From the IMG/VR virus record IMGVR_UViG_3300036783_000092, positions 1 through 34,566 of that record: 34,566 nucleotides of DNA; one strand, given 5' to 3'. Below are positions 15,795 to 25,522 of this stretch, piece by piece. The stretch's first letter is position 1; every line of letters begins with the position of its first letter. A model generated the notes under the pieces. The model was not told where the DNA came from and made no database searches. It was given only the letters and a program-made list of their open reading frames with translations. The DNA is from a virus (lineage: Duplodnaviria > Caudoviricetes). The position numbers and the translations under genes were made by a program.

Positions 15795-16763
15795 ATGCCA
15801 AAGCCTGCAACACAACTCGAATTTCTGGCCCTGTGCTTTGAGCTTCCTGACCTGACGGATGCCAGCACACCGTTGCCGGAATGGTTGCCGATGATACCGG
15901 CGGGTTCCTTCACCGGTCGTGATGGCCGGACATGGATTAACGACAACCCAGCAGCAGTTAGTGCCGCTTCGTTCAGCCATCCCAAATTACCGATTGATAT
16001 CGAACACTCTACCGAGCTACTTGGCCCGAAAGGCGAAGAAGCCCCGGCCTACGCATGGATTGATTCCATGCGCGTTAATGCTGATGGCAGCATCGATGCG
16101 CACGTGGAGTGGACACCAGACGGCGAGGCTCTGGTCAGGGGTAAGAAGTACCTCTATTACAGCCCGGCTTTCCGTTATCTCGCAACAGGTCAGGTGACGC
16201 TGCTGTCCAGCGTCGGCCTGACCAACAAACCCAACCTGTATTTACCCGCGCTTAACTCGGAGAACACTATGACTGTACCTGTGCAGATTGCCACGGTGCT
16301 GGGACTGACTGCGACTGCGTCAATTGAGGATGCCGTGTCAGCTATCCAGACCATCAAGAACAGCGAATCGGTCGCGCTGAACCGCGCACAAAACCCGGAC
16401 CTGACGAAGTTTATTCCGGTGGAGACTCATCAGCTGGCGCTGAACCGTGCGGAGACGGCAGAAAGCCGCCTTAAGGCGCTGGATGACAAAAACGCCACCG
16501 AGCTGGTTGATGGTGCCGTGACTGCCGGAAAGGTTGCCCCGGCGAACCGCGATATGTATCTGGCCCTGTGCCGTACTGAAGAAGGCCGTCAGCAGTTTAC
16601 CGACTTCATGAAAACCGCCCCGGTACTGGTCAACGCAGACCCGACCAAAGGGAAAGAGAACAAGGGCCAGACCGAACTGACCGAAACCGAACTGGCGATG
16701 TGCCGCAGCATGGGCGTCACCAAAGAAGAGTTTCTGGCCGCTAAACCGAAACAGGAGCAATAA
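15795..16763 (+). CDS. Head maturation protease/scaffold, Mu gpI-like
   Basis: GRDGRTW, IDIEHST, VEWT, YYSPAF, GLTNKPNL; ATG 15795 preferred because 15720 lies in the regulatory dyad. Confidence 0.92.
   Translation: MPKPATQLEFLALCFELPDLTDASTPLPEWLPMIPAGSFTGRDGRTWINDNPAAVSAASFSHPKLPIDIEHSTELLGPKGEEAPAYAWIDSMRVNADGSIDAHVEWTPDGEALVRGKKYLYYSPAFRYLATGQVTLLSSVGLTNKPNLYLPALNSENTMTVPVQIATVLGLTATASIEDAVSAIQTIKNSESVALNRAQNPDLTKFIPVETHQLALNRAETAESRLKALDDKNATELVDGAVTAGKVAPANRDMYLALCRTEEGRQQFTDFMKTAPVLVNADPTKGKENKGQTELTETELAMCRSMGVTKEEFLAAKPKQEQ
16269..16763 (+). CDS. Probable in-frame internal scaffold protein (Mu gpZ-like)
   Basis: GGAGA at 16259..16263 then in-frame ATG right after the protease domain. 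Confidence 0.65.
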   Translation: MTVPVQIATVLGLTATASIEDAVSAIQTIKNSESVALNRAQNPDLTKFIPVETHQLALNRAETAESRLKALDDKNATELVDGAVTAGKVAPANRDMYLALCRTEEGRQQFTDFMKTAPVLVNADPTKGKENKGQTELTETELAMCRSMGVTKEEFLAAKPKQEQ

Positions 16764-16765
16764 GA

Positions 16766-17677
16766 ATGCCGCAACCGTCAGCAGAAATCCTGCACGCGCT
16801 TTCCACGTCACTGAGCGCTGCATTTACCAAAGGTCTTGCAGGCATCAAGCCTCAATATCTGCGCATCGCGACCGAAGTCCCGAGCAGCGCCGCATCCAAT
16901 ACGTATGGCTGGCTGTCTGATTTGCCGGGGATTAAAGAATGGGTTGGCGAACGTCAGCTGGCACTGCTTTCCCAGCAGGGCTACACCATCCCGAACAAGA
17001 CGTGGGAAAACTCCATCCGTGTTAAACGGGAAAATATTGAAGACGATCAGATTGGTCAGTTCAGCGTCATTGCTCAGGCGTTTGGCCAGCAGATCGCCGA
17101 GTTCCCGGATACGCTGAGCTTCCCGCTACTGGTCGCCGGATTCACCACCCTGTGCTTTGACGGCCAGAATTTCTTTGATACCGACCATCCGATGGCGGGC
17201 AGTACCTACAGCAATATCGTGGGTGATGGCACCGAGACCGGCGAACCGTGGTTCCTGATTGATGAATCTCAGGTCCTGAAACCCATCATTTACCAGAAGC
17301 GCCGCGCCTTTGACTTTAAATCGCTGGATGATCTCAACAGCGAACATACCTTCCTGCAAAACGAGTTTCTGTTTGGTGTGGATGGGCGTTGTAACGTCGG
17401 CTTTGGTTTCTGGCAGACCGCTGTCGCTTCCCGAGCGCCGCTCACCACCGCGAACTATGAAAAGGCGGTGAAAGTACTACAGGGGATGAAACGCGATTCC
17501 GGTACGCCGCTGGGTATCCGTCCGACCACGCTGGTCGTGGGCCCGAACAACCGGGCCGCCGCGAAGAAGATCATCGACGCGATGCTGGTTGATGGGGGCG
17601 ACTCCAACATCTACTACAAAGACGTGGACATTGTTGATACCCCGTTCATTACCACGCCTGCCGCTCCGGCACCGTAA
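16766..17677 (+). CDS. Major capsid protein, Mu gpT-like
   Basis: YGWLSDLPGIKEWVGER, CFDGQNFFDTDHP, GFGFWQ, PLGIRP. Confidence 0.96.
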   Translation: MPQPSAEILHALSTSLSAAFTKGLAGIKPQYLRIATEVPSSAASNTYGWLSDLPGIKEWVGERQLALLSQQGYTIPNKTWENSIRVKRENIEDDQIGQFSVIAQAFGQQIAEFPDTLSFPLLVAGFTTLCFDGQNFFDTDHPMAGSTYSNIVGDGTETGEPWFLIDESQVLKPIIYQKRRAFDFKSLDDLNSEHTFLQNEFLFGVDGRCNVGFGFWQTAVASRAPLTTANYEKAVKVLQGMKRDSGTPLGIRPTTLVVGPNNRAAAKKIIDAMLVDGGDSNIYYKDVDIVDTPFITTPAAPAP

Positions 17678-17698
17678 TTACTGATCCGCATTTAAACC

Positions 17699-17727
17699 GT
17701 TACAGCAGGCTTTAAGTCTGCTGTAAC
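17699..17727 (+). other. 12-bp stem hairpin after the capsid gene, no U-tract
   Basis: GTTACAGCAGGC-TTTAA-GTCTGCTGTAAC (one G:U pair). Confidence 0.75.
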
Positions 17728-17750
17728 CCACCTTCAACGAGGATGGAACA

Positions 17751-18374
17751 GTGAGTGGAACGAAAGAAAAAGCAACGGGTAAGCAAAGCGCTAAAGGTCG
17801 CGCTGGCAAGGTTTCAGCGCCGGAAGTGGCACAGGTTGATGCACCTCACGCGCCGGGAACTGAACTGTCAGTCACATTGCCAGGGCATTACGTTGCGGTG
17901 GGTACGTCCCCCGTCAATGTAGAACCCGGCATGGTTGATGCGTCATTGACGCCTGAAGGTCTCGCCGCCGGTGGCGGTAGTGAGAGCCTCATCTCTGAAA
18001 CGAAGCTGCAGCCGGAATCACTGAATTCGACCCAGAGCGATATTGCGTCAGCGCTCACCGCTGAGGGGCTGACTTCAGGTGCTGAATCATCGGCTCTCAA
18101 TATGAACGTTACGGCGTTGCCTCATACCGATGATGTTCAGGTGCTGGAGGTTCGCGCCATTTCTGAGCGTGGTTTCTGGCGCTGTGGCCAGTTCTGGCCA
18201 CGTCAGCCGGTGCACGTCTTTGTCAGCGATGACCCGGAAGGCGATAACGAGGCGAACGCGCTGGAAGGTGATGTGGTCGTGGAGTGTTTCATCAGCCACG
18301 AAATCGCCGGGCGCCTGAAAGCTGAGCCTAACCTGAAAGTCACGGTACTGCAGCCGGTGGCGGAGGAAGAGTAA
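17751..18374 (+). CDS. Mu gp35/HI1506-like protein with long low-complexity N-terminus
   Basis: C-terminal GFWRCGQFW...LKAEPNLKV; GTG start; position after capsid. Confidence 0.7.
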   Translation: MSGTKEKATGKQSAKGRAGKVSAPEVAQVDAPHAPGTELSVTLPGHYVAVGTSPVNVEPGMVDASLTPEGLAAGGGSESLISETKLQPESLNSTQSDIASALTAEGLTSGAESSALNMNVTALPHTDDVQVLEVRAISERGFWRCGQFWPRQPVHVFVSDDPEGDNEANALEGDVVVECFISHEIAGRLKAEPNLKVTVLQPVAEEE

Positions 18375-18815
18375 ATGGGCCTTTACGTTACCCGTGATGA
18401 CCTGCTGGCAACAGACGGGTCACTGGTCTGGAATATGGCCGTTGATAAAGCAACCAATCAACTGGATGAAGCGAAAATCCTCACGGCCATCGAAGATGCC
18501 GACGCGGAAATCAACTCGTTTCTGGCGAAACGCTACCAGCTCCCGCTGAATATCACGACCGTACCACGCCCGCTTCATCGGGTAGCGACGTCCATTGCAC
18601 TTTACTGGCTGTCAGAGCGTGACAATCAGATCACCGACCTGATTCAGAAACGCTATGACAGCGCCATCCAGACGCTGAGAGAGATGGCGAACGGCACACG
18701 CGACCTCGGTCTCCCGACAGATACCCCCGCCCAGGAGACCGATAACGGCAGGATGATTGTCGTCTCTGACAACAAACGGCTGTTTACCCGCAACAACCTG
18801 AAAGGGGTCCTGTAA
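18375..18815 (+). CDS. Head-tail adaptor, Mu gp36-like (DUF1320)
   Basis: YVTRDDL...DADAEINSFLAKRYQLPL...RYDSAIQTL. Confidence 0.9.
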   Translation: MGLYVTRDDLLATDGSLVWNMAVDKATNQLDEAKILTAIEDADAEINSFLAKRYQLPLNITTVPRPLHRVATSIALYWLSERDNQITDLIQKRYDSAIQTLREMANGTRDLGLPTDTPAQETDNGRMIVVSDNKRLFTRNNLKGVL

Positions 18816-19357
18816 TGGGTATTTCAGTCGAGGTGTCTGGTGCACAGAAGCTGCAGCAGATGCGTCTGGCCATCGAGAAACTCTCCGACAGTTCGCTGCA
18901 GCAGGAACTGCTGGAGAGTATCGGGGCCATCGTTGAGTCGCAGACCCGCCGCCGCATCAGCGATGAGAAAACCTCTCCGGCGGGCGAGCGCTGGCAGGAA
19001 TGGTCAGAATCCTATCGCCAGACCCGACACGGGAATCAGAGCCTGCTGCAGGGGAACGGCGATCTGCTCGACAGCATCCAGTACATCGTCGAGCGCGGCC
19101 ACGTTCGTGTGGGGTCGCCGCTCAGCTACAGCGCCGTTCACCAGGACGGCTTTGACGGCAGCGTGTCAGTCAGTACCCATCAGCGTCTCATTCATCAGGC
19201 GTTTGGCCGGGCGCTGAAGCATCCCGTATGGCAAACCGTCGGCGCTCATACGCGCCAGATGAATATCCCGCAGCGCGAGTATCTCGGGCTGTCCAACGCA
19301 AACAGTGAAGAGCTGATGCACGTCATCGGTGATTTCTGGAAAGAGGTGCTCCCGTGA
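18815..19357 (+). CDS. Virion morphogenesis protein (Mu gpG / P2 gpS family)
   Basis: SPAGERW, GDLLDSI, YSAVHQDG, IPQREYLGLS. Confidence 0.88.
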   Translation: MGISVEVSGAQKLQQMRLAIEKLSDSSLQQELLESIGAIVESQTRRRISDEKTSPAGERWQEWSESYRQTRHGNQSLLQGNGDLLDSIQYIVERGHVRVGSPLSYSAVHQDGFDGSVSVSTHQRLIHQAFGRALKHPVWQTVGAHTRQMNIPQREYLGLSNANSEELMHVIGDFWKEVLP

Positions 19358-19962
19358 GTAATCAGGAACGTCCGCCGCTACAGACCATTGGCTCAACGGT
19401 CACCGCTGCTGAGAACATTGTGGCATGGCTGAAGCCAGATTTACTGGGTGATAAGCCCGACCGCGTCAGTGTGATCGAGCGCCATATTGGCCAGTTCAGT
19501 ACACCTGCCGAGGTGAAAACCTATCTGTCAGATCGTGATGGTTGTATCCGTCTGGCGGCGCTTCGCGTTCGCAACATTCGCTATCAGGCAGGCGGAACAA
19601 CCGGCGATGTCACATGGGCGGCTTACATCATGGCCACCGATGCGTGGGGATACTCACGTGACACCCGCTGTGAGGTACTGGTCGGTAAGCTGGTTCGCCG
19701 CATTGTTCAGCGCGGTGCGCCCAACGGTATGAAAGCCGAGCGTCTGGCCACTTCCGTCAGCGCTGACAATATCTATTCCGGTGGACTTAACGAGCTGGGC
19801 CTGACCATGTGGGCGGTAACGTGGGAACAGGAATTCCGGCTGGATGATGAGGTGGACCTTGCTTCGCTCCCTGACTTCCTGCGACTGGGGGCAACACTGC
19901 AGGTAAATGACGGTGAAACGTCCATTGAAGGCACGATTAACGTAAGAGATGCAAACCCATGA
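19354..19962 (+). CDS. Probable tail terminator/neck protein (gp37 position)
   Basis: Synteny; NIYS...WAVTWEQ beta-strand motif. Confidence 0.7.
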   Translation: MSNQERPPLQTIGSTVTAAENIVAWLKPDLLGDKPDRVSVIERHIGQFSTPAEVKTYLSDRDGCIRLAALRVRNIRYQAGGTTGDVTWAAYIMATDAWGYSRDTRCEVLVGKLVRRIVQRGAPNGMKAERLATSVSADNIYSGGLNELGLTMWAVTWEQEFRLDDEVDLASLPDFLRLGATLQVNDGETSIEGTINVRDANP

Positions 19963-20147
19963 AAAAACATATTAAGCCAGCCCGCGAGGGGCTGAAGGTA
20001 CGTAAAGCGTCGGGGGAGCACCTCTCACCTGACGGGGAGAACCTCCCTATGAGTTCGTGGTGGCACCGTCGGGAAGCTGAAGGCGACGTGGTCATTTCCA
20101 CCATCCCGGTTGAAACCGCAAAGACCCTAGCCGTAAAGGAGAAGTGA
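19959..20147 (+). CDS. Mu gp38-like (DUF2635) protein
   Basis: IKPAREGLKVR...WWHRREAEGDV; directly before the sheath gene. Confidence 0.85.
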   Translation: MKKHIKPAREGLKVRKASGEHLSPDGENLPMSSWWHRREAEGDVVISTIPVETAKTLAVKEK

Positions 20148-20148
20148 T

Positions 20149-21627
20149 ATGTCACTAGGCAATATTCCTGATGATTTCCGTGTCCCACTGGTCATCATTG
20201 ATATCGATAACTCTCAGGCGCTGGACAGCGCCCCGGCGCAGTCGCGCAAAATCATTGTGATCGGTCAGCAAAGCGCTACCGGTACAGCGGCAGCGCTGAC
20301 GTCGAACCGCATCACCAGTGACGGTACAGCCGAACAGTTGTATGGCAAAGGTTCCATGCTGGCGGAAATGGTGAAAACCCTCCGCAAAGGCAACGGCTAC
20401 ACCGAGCTGTGGGCGATGGGAATGGCGGATATTGCTGCAGGTAACGCCGCAAAAGCTGAACTGGCCATCACCGGACCTGCTACCGATGCGGGGACACTGG
20501 CTCTGCTGGTCAATGGTGTTTCGGTACAGGTCGGCGTCGCCGCTGATGATACCGCTGACACCATCGCCACGGCCATTATTGCCGCCGTGAATAAACTACC
20601 GGCGACACAGGTCACCGCCGCGTTGAAAGCAGCTTCAACCAGTGTGGTCACACTGACCGCGAACTGGAAAGGTGCCACCGGTAACGGGATGGACGCCCGC
20701 CTAAACTACTACCCCGGCGAGCAGTCACCGGCAGGTGTAAAGGTCGCCATTACCGGCTTTACGGGCGGCACCGGCACACCGGATATTTCTGCTGTCGTGG
20801 CGGCGCTGGGTGATGACTGGTACACCGATATTGTGTTCCCGTACAACGATACGCAGAGCCTCAACACCATTCGTGATGAACTGCTGGAACGCTGGGGGCC
20901 ACTCAAGATGATTGAGGCGCAGCTGTGGACCGCGTTCCGTGGAACCCATGCTGAATCGGGCACCTTTGGCGAAACCCGTAATGACTGGCTCATCTCCTGT
21001 ATCGGGACCAATCTTGCGCCGCAACCGTACTGGCTGTGGGCGGCATCCTATGGCGGTATTGCATCCTATTATCTGGCTAATGATCCGGCTCGTCCGCTGC
21101 AGACGCTGGTGCTGACAGGGATTCTGGCCCCGGCCAAAGATATTCGCTGGGATATGCCTGAGCGTAACCTGCTGCTGAAGGATGGTATCGCCACCAATTA
21201 CGTTGATGCTGGCGGAAATGTCTGCATCGAGCGTGAAATCACCATGTACCGCGTGAACCAGTTCGGCGACCCTGACACGTCTTACCTCGATGTGCAGTCA
21301 CCGGCGACGCTGGGGCGTATCCGCTACGTCATTAAAAACCGCTTCAGCAACCGCTATCCGCGCCACAAGCTGGCCGGGGACGATGTGCTTGACCTGCTTG
21401 ATCCGGGTCAACCGATAATGACACCGAAAATTGCACGCGGCGAACTGCTGGATATTGCCCTGAGCGAGCTGATACCGGCGGGCCTTGTGGAAGATTTTGA
21501 AGACTACAAGGACACGCTTGATGTGTATCTCGATGGTGCTGACAAAAATCGCCTGAACTTTATCTGTCACCCCAATCTGGTCAATCAGCTGCGTGTGATG
21601 GCCGGTCTCATCCAGTTCAAACTTTAA
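20149..21627 (+). CDS. Contractile tail sheath, Mu gpL-like
   Basis: IPDDFRVPL, GKGSML, DPARPLQTL, ERNLLL, PNLVNQLRV. Confidence 0.96.
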   Translation: MSLGNIPDDFRVPLVIIDIDNSQALDSAPAQSRKIIVIGQQSATGTAAALTSNRITSDGTAEQLYGKGSMLAEMVKTLRKGNGYTELWAMGMADIAAGNAAKAELAITGPATDAGTLALLVNGVSVQVGVAADDTADTIATAIIAAVNKLPATQVTAALKAASTSVVTLTANWKGATGNGMDARLNYYPGEQSPAGVKVAITGFTGGTGTPDISAVVAALGDDWYTDIVFPYNDTQSLNTIRDELLERWGPLKMIEAQLWTAFRGTHAESGTFGETRNDWLISCIGTNLAPQPYWLWAASYGGIASYYLANDPARPLQTLVLTGILAPAKDIRWDMPERNLLLKDGIATNYVDAGGNVCIEREITMYRVNQFGDPDTSYLDVQSPATLGRIRYVIKNRFSNRYPRHKLAGDDVLDLLDPGQPIMTPKIARGELLDIALSELIPAGLVEDFEDYKDTLDVYLDGADKNRLNFICHPNLVNQLRVMAGLIQFKL

Positions 21628-21636
21628 GGAGCGTTT

Positions 21637-21990
21637 ATGAGCATTCTGGGTATGGCGGCCATTCGTATCAACGGTCGCGAAATCAAAACTGAGGGTAAGT
21701 CCACCCTCAATCCGGGAGGCTATGCCCGCACCCAGCATATGGGCGGCGGCAAGGTCTGGGGTAACTCCCGCAAGATGGCCGGTCCCTCGATCCAGATGAC
21801 CATCGCCGCAGCACAGGATATGGACGTCATCGAAATCAGTAACTGGGAAAACGTGACGGTGATGTTTGAGGGTGACAACGGCCTGACCTACATGATGACC
21901 GGCGCGGCCACCGACAATCCGGCGACGCTGGATGAAGACGCAGGCACCATCAGCGCCAACTTTATCGGCGTCAAACTGGTGAAGGTGTAA
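21637..21990 (+). CDS. Tail tube protein, Mu gpM-like
   Basis: 117-aa beta-rich protein after the sheath; AAGGAG RBS. Confidence 0.9.
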   Translation: MSILGMAAIRINGREIKTEGKSTLNPGGYARTQHMGGGKVWGNSRKMAGPSIQMTIAAAQDMDVIEISNWENVTVMFEGDNGLTYMMTGAATDNPATLDEDAGTISANFIGVKLVKV

Positions 21991-21993
21991 ATC

Positions 21994-22377
21994 ATGGCTG
22001 AGTTAACCGTAACCCTGAAACATGGCTTTATCACCGGCAAAGGCACCGAAGATGAAGCCCGTCATTCCGTCGTTACCTTCCGGGAGCTGAATTCGAAAGA
22101 CGTTATTGACGCGCAGCTTGAAGCAGAACGTGTGGTGATTGGTGACAACGGTAAAGCCGTTGCCTATTGCTCCGAAGTGCTGATGGGACTGGCGCTGTTG
22201 CGTAAACAGATTTTAAGCGTTGGTGATATCCCCGGCCCGTTGTCGCTTAAACAGCTGTACAGCTTCCACCCGGAAGACCTTGAACTCTTGTCCAGCAAAG
22301 CCAGCGCGATGGACGACTTACTCGCGGAGACAGCAAACCGGGGGCGAACTGACGCCGCTGGCGACGGCGCTCAGTAA
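21994..22377 (+). CDS. Tail assembly chaperone, Mu gp41-like
   Basis: LKHG...FREL...LHPEDL-type motifs; between tube and tape measure. Confidence 0.88.
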   Translation: MAELTVTLKHGFITGKGTEDEARHSVVTFRELNSKDVIDAQLEAERVVIGDNGKAVAYCSEVLMGLALLRKQILSVGDIPGPLSLKQLYSFHPEDLELLSSKASAMDDLLAETANRGRTDAAGDGAQ

Positions 22378-22498
22378 CCTTCTCGTCAATTTGTCCCAAC
22401 GTTTTGATTTGCCCTACCTGCAGCAGTTGCCTATACGGCAGCTGCTGCGCCTGACAGAGCAGTTGAGGAAGCAAAATGTCAAACCGCCTCACCACTGA
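22339..22498 (+). other. Programmed -2 frameshift site CGGGGGCGA and its extension ORF
   Basis: In-frame CGG GGG CGA at 22339..22347; the -2 (=+1) frame stays open to 22498 and overlaps the tape-measure start. Confidence 0.8.
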
Positions 22499-24263
22499 AA
22501 TACTCATCAATCTGGCAGGTAACCTGACCGCGAAGGCCCGCCAGTATGGAGCCAACATGTCTGAATTTGCCCGCCGTAATGAGCGGGCAATGAACGTGGT
22601 TAAAGCCACCACGGCGGCGGCAGGTCGTGGTCTTGATGCATTGGGTAACCGCTACACCACCCTGATTGCCGGCTTTGCCGGCAGCGCCATGTTGCGAGAT
22701 TTCGCCGCGACAGACCGCCGCATCACCCGTATGGGTCTGGCAGCGGAGAAGACTAAAAAAGAGATGGCCGAGATGTTCAGCGGTCTGCAGGATGCCGCGA
22801 TCAAATTCCGTGTGGACGACAGCGAAGTGGTCAGCGCCATTGAGAAAGTCGGGACCGTCACCGGTGATATCGATTTCGGCTTTAAGAACCGTAACATCAT
22901 GGCCGCCTCGTTGGCGGCTTCTGGTTCCGAAGGTGAAAGCATTGGTGGCCTCTTTTCTCAGTTTACGAAGTTCAACCTGACCGACGAAAAGCAGACGCTG
23001 CAGGCAATGGATACCCTGAATCAGCTCGGTAAAGAGGGCGCATTTGAGCTGAAGGATATCGCCGAACGCGGCGTAAAAGCGTTCTCAATGTATGCCGCTG
23101 CCGGGGGAACGGGCGTCAGAGGTGTGAAGGACGTCGGCGTTGCCCTGGAGAGTGCGGTCGATGCCACCGGCGATACGACGACAGCCTCCACTGCAGTTGA
23201 AAACCTTATTCGAGATTTGCAAATCCCAAAAGTTGTCAAAACATTGCGCCAGAACGGTATCAATGTTTTTGATAAAGACGGGACGATGCGATCCCTTCCT
23301 ACGCTGATGCAGGAGATTGCCAAAAAATCCGGAAGCAAAGGTGCGGAGAAACAGAACGCCCGCTTACTGGGTGCCGGTTTCAATCAGGACAGTATCCTGT
23401 TGCTGAGTAGCGTGACGTCCGGTAAAGGCGCGGAGAACCTTAAACGTTATAACGGCGTTGTAGCCGACGGCCAGGGAATTATGAACGATGCCGCTTATGC
23501 TGCTAAAGACTTCACCTCGGCCTTGTCATCTCTGAACAACACCTGGAAAAAATTTGCGAACAGCAATCTTGCGGAGCCCGTGCAGGAGCTGGCCGACGCC
23601 ATCAACTCGGTAGACCAGAAGACCGTCCAGAACTGGCTGGAAACCGGCAAGAATATTGCCATCGCGGTCGGGGGTGTTATCGCCGCCCGCAAGGCATTTC
23701 AGATTGGTAAAGGCGCGTGGGAGCTTTTCGGCGGTGGCAAATCTAAAGGTATCCCTAAAGGTGTTGCTGACGTTTTTGGATCAGGTGTGATGCCTGTGTA
23801 TGTCGTGAATATGAAAGATGGTATGTCTGGCGGGAATAGCACCGATTTACCAGGGAAAAGCTATCCCCCAAATAAACATGATAAAGGTGGCTTGCTCGGG
23901 ATGGCCATAAACACCGCAGCCGAATTGACAGACTTGATGCCTTTCCCTCAGACGGAGGACGACAAGAAAGCTCTTCTGGAAAAAGTTCAGCGAAATAATC
24001 AAAGACCCTCCATGTGGCAAAGCATAAAAGACTGGCTGACTTCTCCAACCCCCTCACCAGTTGGATATCAGGATCCGTCACCGTGGGCCTCACTGCAGCC
24101 GCAAAACCAGCCGGGCTATCCGTTCCAGCAACCCGCCGAGCTAAAAGGTCGTATCGAGGTCTCTGTTAAGGATGACCGGGTACAAGTGACCAGCGTCAAA
24201 GTCAACACGCCGGGCATCACGATGAGCGCCCAGTCTGGCGTCAGCAACATGGAGCAGGAATGA
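22476..24263 (+). CDS. Tail tape measure protein
   Basis: Ala/Gly-rich helical 595 aa, GKEGAFELKD and PVYVVN motifs; position. Confidence 0.93.
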   Translation: MSNRLTTEILINLAGNLTAKARQYGANMSEFARRNERAMNVVKATTAAAGRGLDALGNRYTTLIAGFAGSAMLRDFAATDRRITRMGLAAEKTKKEMAEMFSGLQDAAIKFRVDDSEVVSAIEKVGTVTGDIDFGFKNRNIMAASLAASGSEGESIGGLFSQFTKFNLTDEKQTLQAMDTLNQLGKEGAFELKDIAERGVKAFSMYAAAGGTGVRGVKDVGVALESAVDATGDTTTASTAVENLIRDLQIPKVVKTLRQNGINVFDKDGTMRSLPTLMQEIAKKSGSKGAEKQNARLLGAGFNQDSILLLSSVTSGKGAENLKRYNGVVADGQGIMNDAAYAAKDFTSALSSLNNTWKKFANSNLAEPVQELADAINSVDQKTVQNWLETGKNIAIAVGGVIAARKAFQIGKGAWELFGGGKSKGIPKGVADVFGSGVMPVYVVNMKDGMSGGNSTDLPGKSYPPNKHDKGGLLGMAINTAAELTDLMPFPQTEDDKKALLEKVQRNNQRPSMWQSIKDWLTSPTPSPVGYQDPSPWASLQPQNQPGYPFQQPAELKGRIEVSVKDDRVQVTSVKVNTPGITMSAQSGVSNMEQE

Positions 24264-25522
24264 TGGCCACCACTAAATGGGAAGACCTGCGTGATGCTTC
24301 GTTCCGGGGCGTTCCGTTCTTTTTCCGCGACGTCGAAGGCACTGGCGGACGTCGCGCCATTCCCCATGCTTACCCCAAAAAAGAGGTTGGCTGGACTGAG
24401 GACCACGGCGCAGTGTTAACGCAGGAGCAGATTAACGCTGTGTTGCTGGGGAATGACTACATCGAACAGATGAATCGCCTTCTGGCAGCGCTGAATACCC
24501 CCGGCCCCGGTGAGTTGGTCCATCCGTGGTTCGGTGTCCAGAAAGTGCAGGCTGGCCGGGTTACTCATCGTCTTTCGACTGAGGAAGGCGGCGTGGCGTA
24601 CATCTCTTTTGAGGTATTCGAGGCGGGCGAACAGCTGTTCCCGTCAGCCACTGAAGATACCAGCGCCACCGCATTAAGTGCCGCTGATACGGTGAAAGAT
24701 GCGCTGGAGAACGGCGATTACTTCGAGGCACTGGATGGCGTAGGCAGCATGGTTGACACCCTGCTTGATGATATGCAGAACCTCATCAGCAACCTGCCGA
24801 CCCTCCCCGACGCGCTGAATGACTGGATGGACCGACTCAACCGGTTTAAGGACCTGACCGGTATCGCTGCAGCTGCACCGGGGGAAATCATCCGTGATGT
24901 GGTTGACCTCATTAGCGATATGAAGGACCTCGTATCAGAACCGCCGTTTGCCCTGCGTGTTTACGACCAGTTGCGTGATCAGTGGAAAGGTGACCGCGCC
25001 GCGCAGGCCGCGACGAAATCGCTGGCTGATAACGTCAGCGTGAACGCGTCCACCGGCTTTGCCAGCAGCGTGATGCCCGTCGCGACACCGGAAGCAACCG
25101 AAGCCATGCAGACCAATATCGAGGACTTCAGGCGGCTGGTGATTGTCTCCACACTGGTTGCACAGGCAGAGACTGTGGTCACTGCGACCTTTGAAACCAG
25201 TCAGGATGCACAAACGACAGGTGATCAACTGGCGAAACAGCTCGGTGAAATGGCCGTTGATGCCGTTGAAAGTGGTCAGCGTGACCTGTGGCGATCCCTG
25301 CGTGAGCTGCGTTTTGCCGTGGTCAATGATGTGCGCATCCGTAGCGTACAACTCCCCGAAATGCGCCGTGTCACGTCGTTACAGACGGTGCCTGTGATGC
25401 TGCTGGCCTACCGGGAAACCGGCAACGCAGAAAACCGTGATGAACTGGTGAAACGTAACCGCCTGCGTTATCCGTCGTTTATTACCCCTTCACAGACAAT
25501 TGAGATCATCGGCAATGACTGA
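24263..25522 (+). CDS. DNA circularization/baseplate protein, Mu gpN-like
   Basis: LRDASFRGVPF...HAYP...GELVHPWFG; alternative start 24260. Confidence 0.93.
   Translation: MATTKWEDLRDASFRGVPFFFRDVEGTGGRRAIPHAYPKKEVGWTEDHGAVLTQEQINAVLLGNDYIEQMNRLLAALNTPGPGELVHPWFGVQKVQAGRVTHRLSTEEGGVAYISFEVFEAGEQLFPSATEDTSATALSAADTVKDALENGDYFEALDGVGSMVDTLLDDMQNLISNLPTLPDALNDWMDRLNRFKDLTGIAAAAPGEIIRDVVDLISDMKDLVSEPPFALRVYDQLRDQWKGDRAAQAATKSLADNVSVNASTGFASSVMPVATPEATEAMQTNIEDFRRLVIVSTLVAQAETVVTATFETSQDAQTTGDQLAKQLGEMAVDAVESGQRDLWRSLRELRFAVVNDVRIRSVQLPEMRRVTSLQTVPVMLLAYRETGNAENRDELVKRNRLRYPSFITPSQTIEIIGND

Noticed and set aside
22220-22498. Independent 92-aa gene
   Set aside because: TTG start inside the chaperone with no clear RBS; better explained as the frameshift extension.
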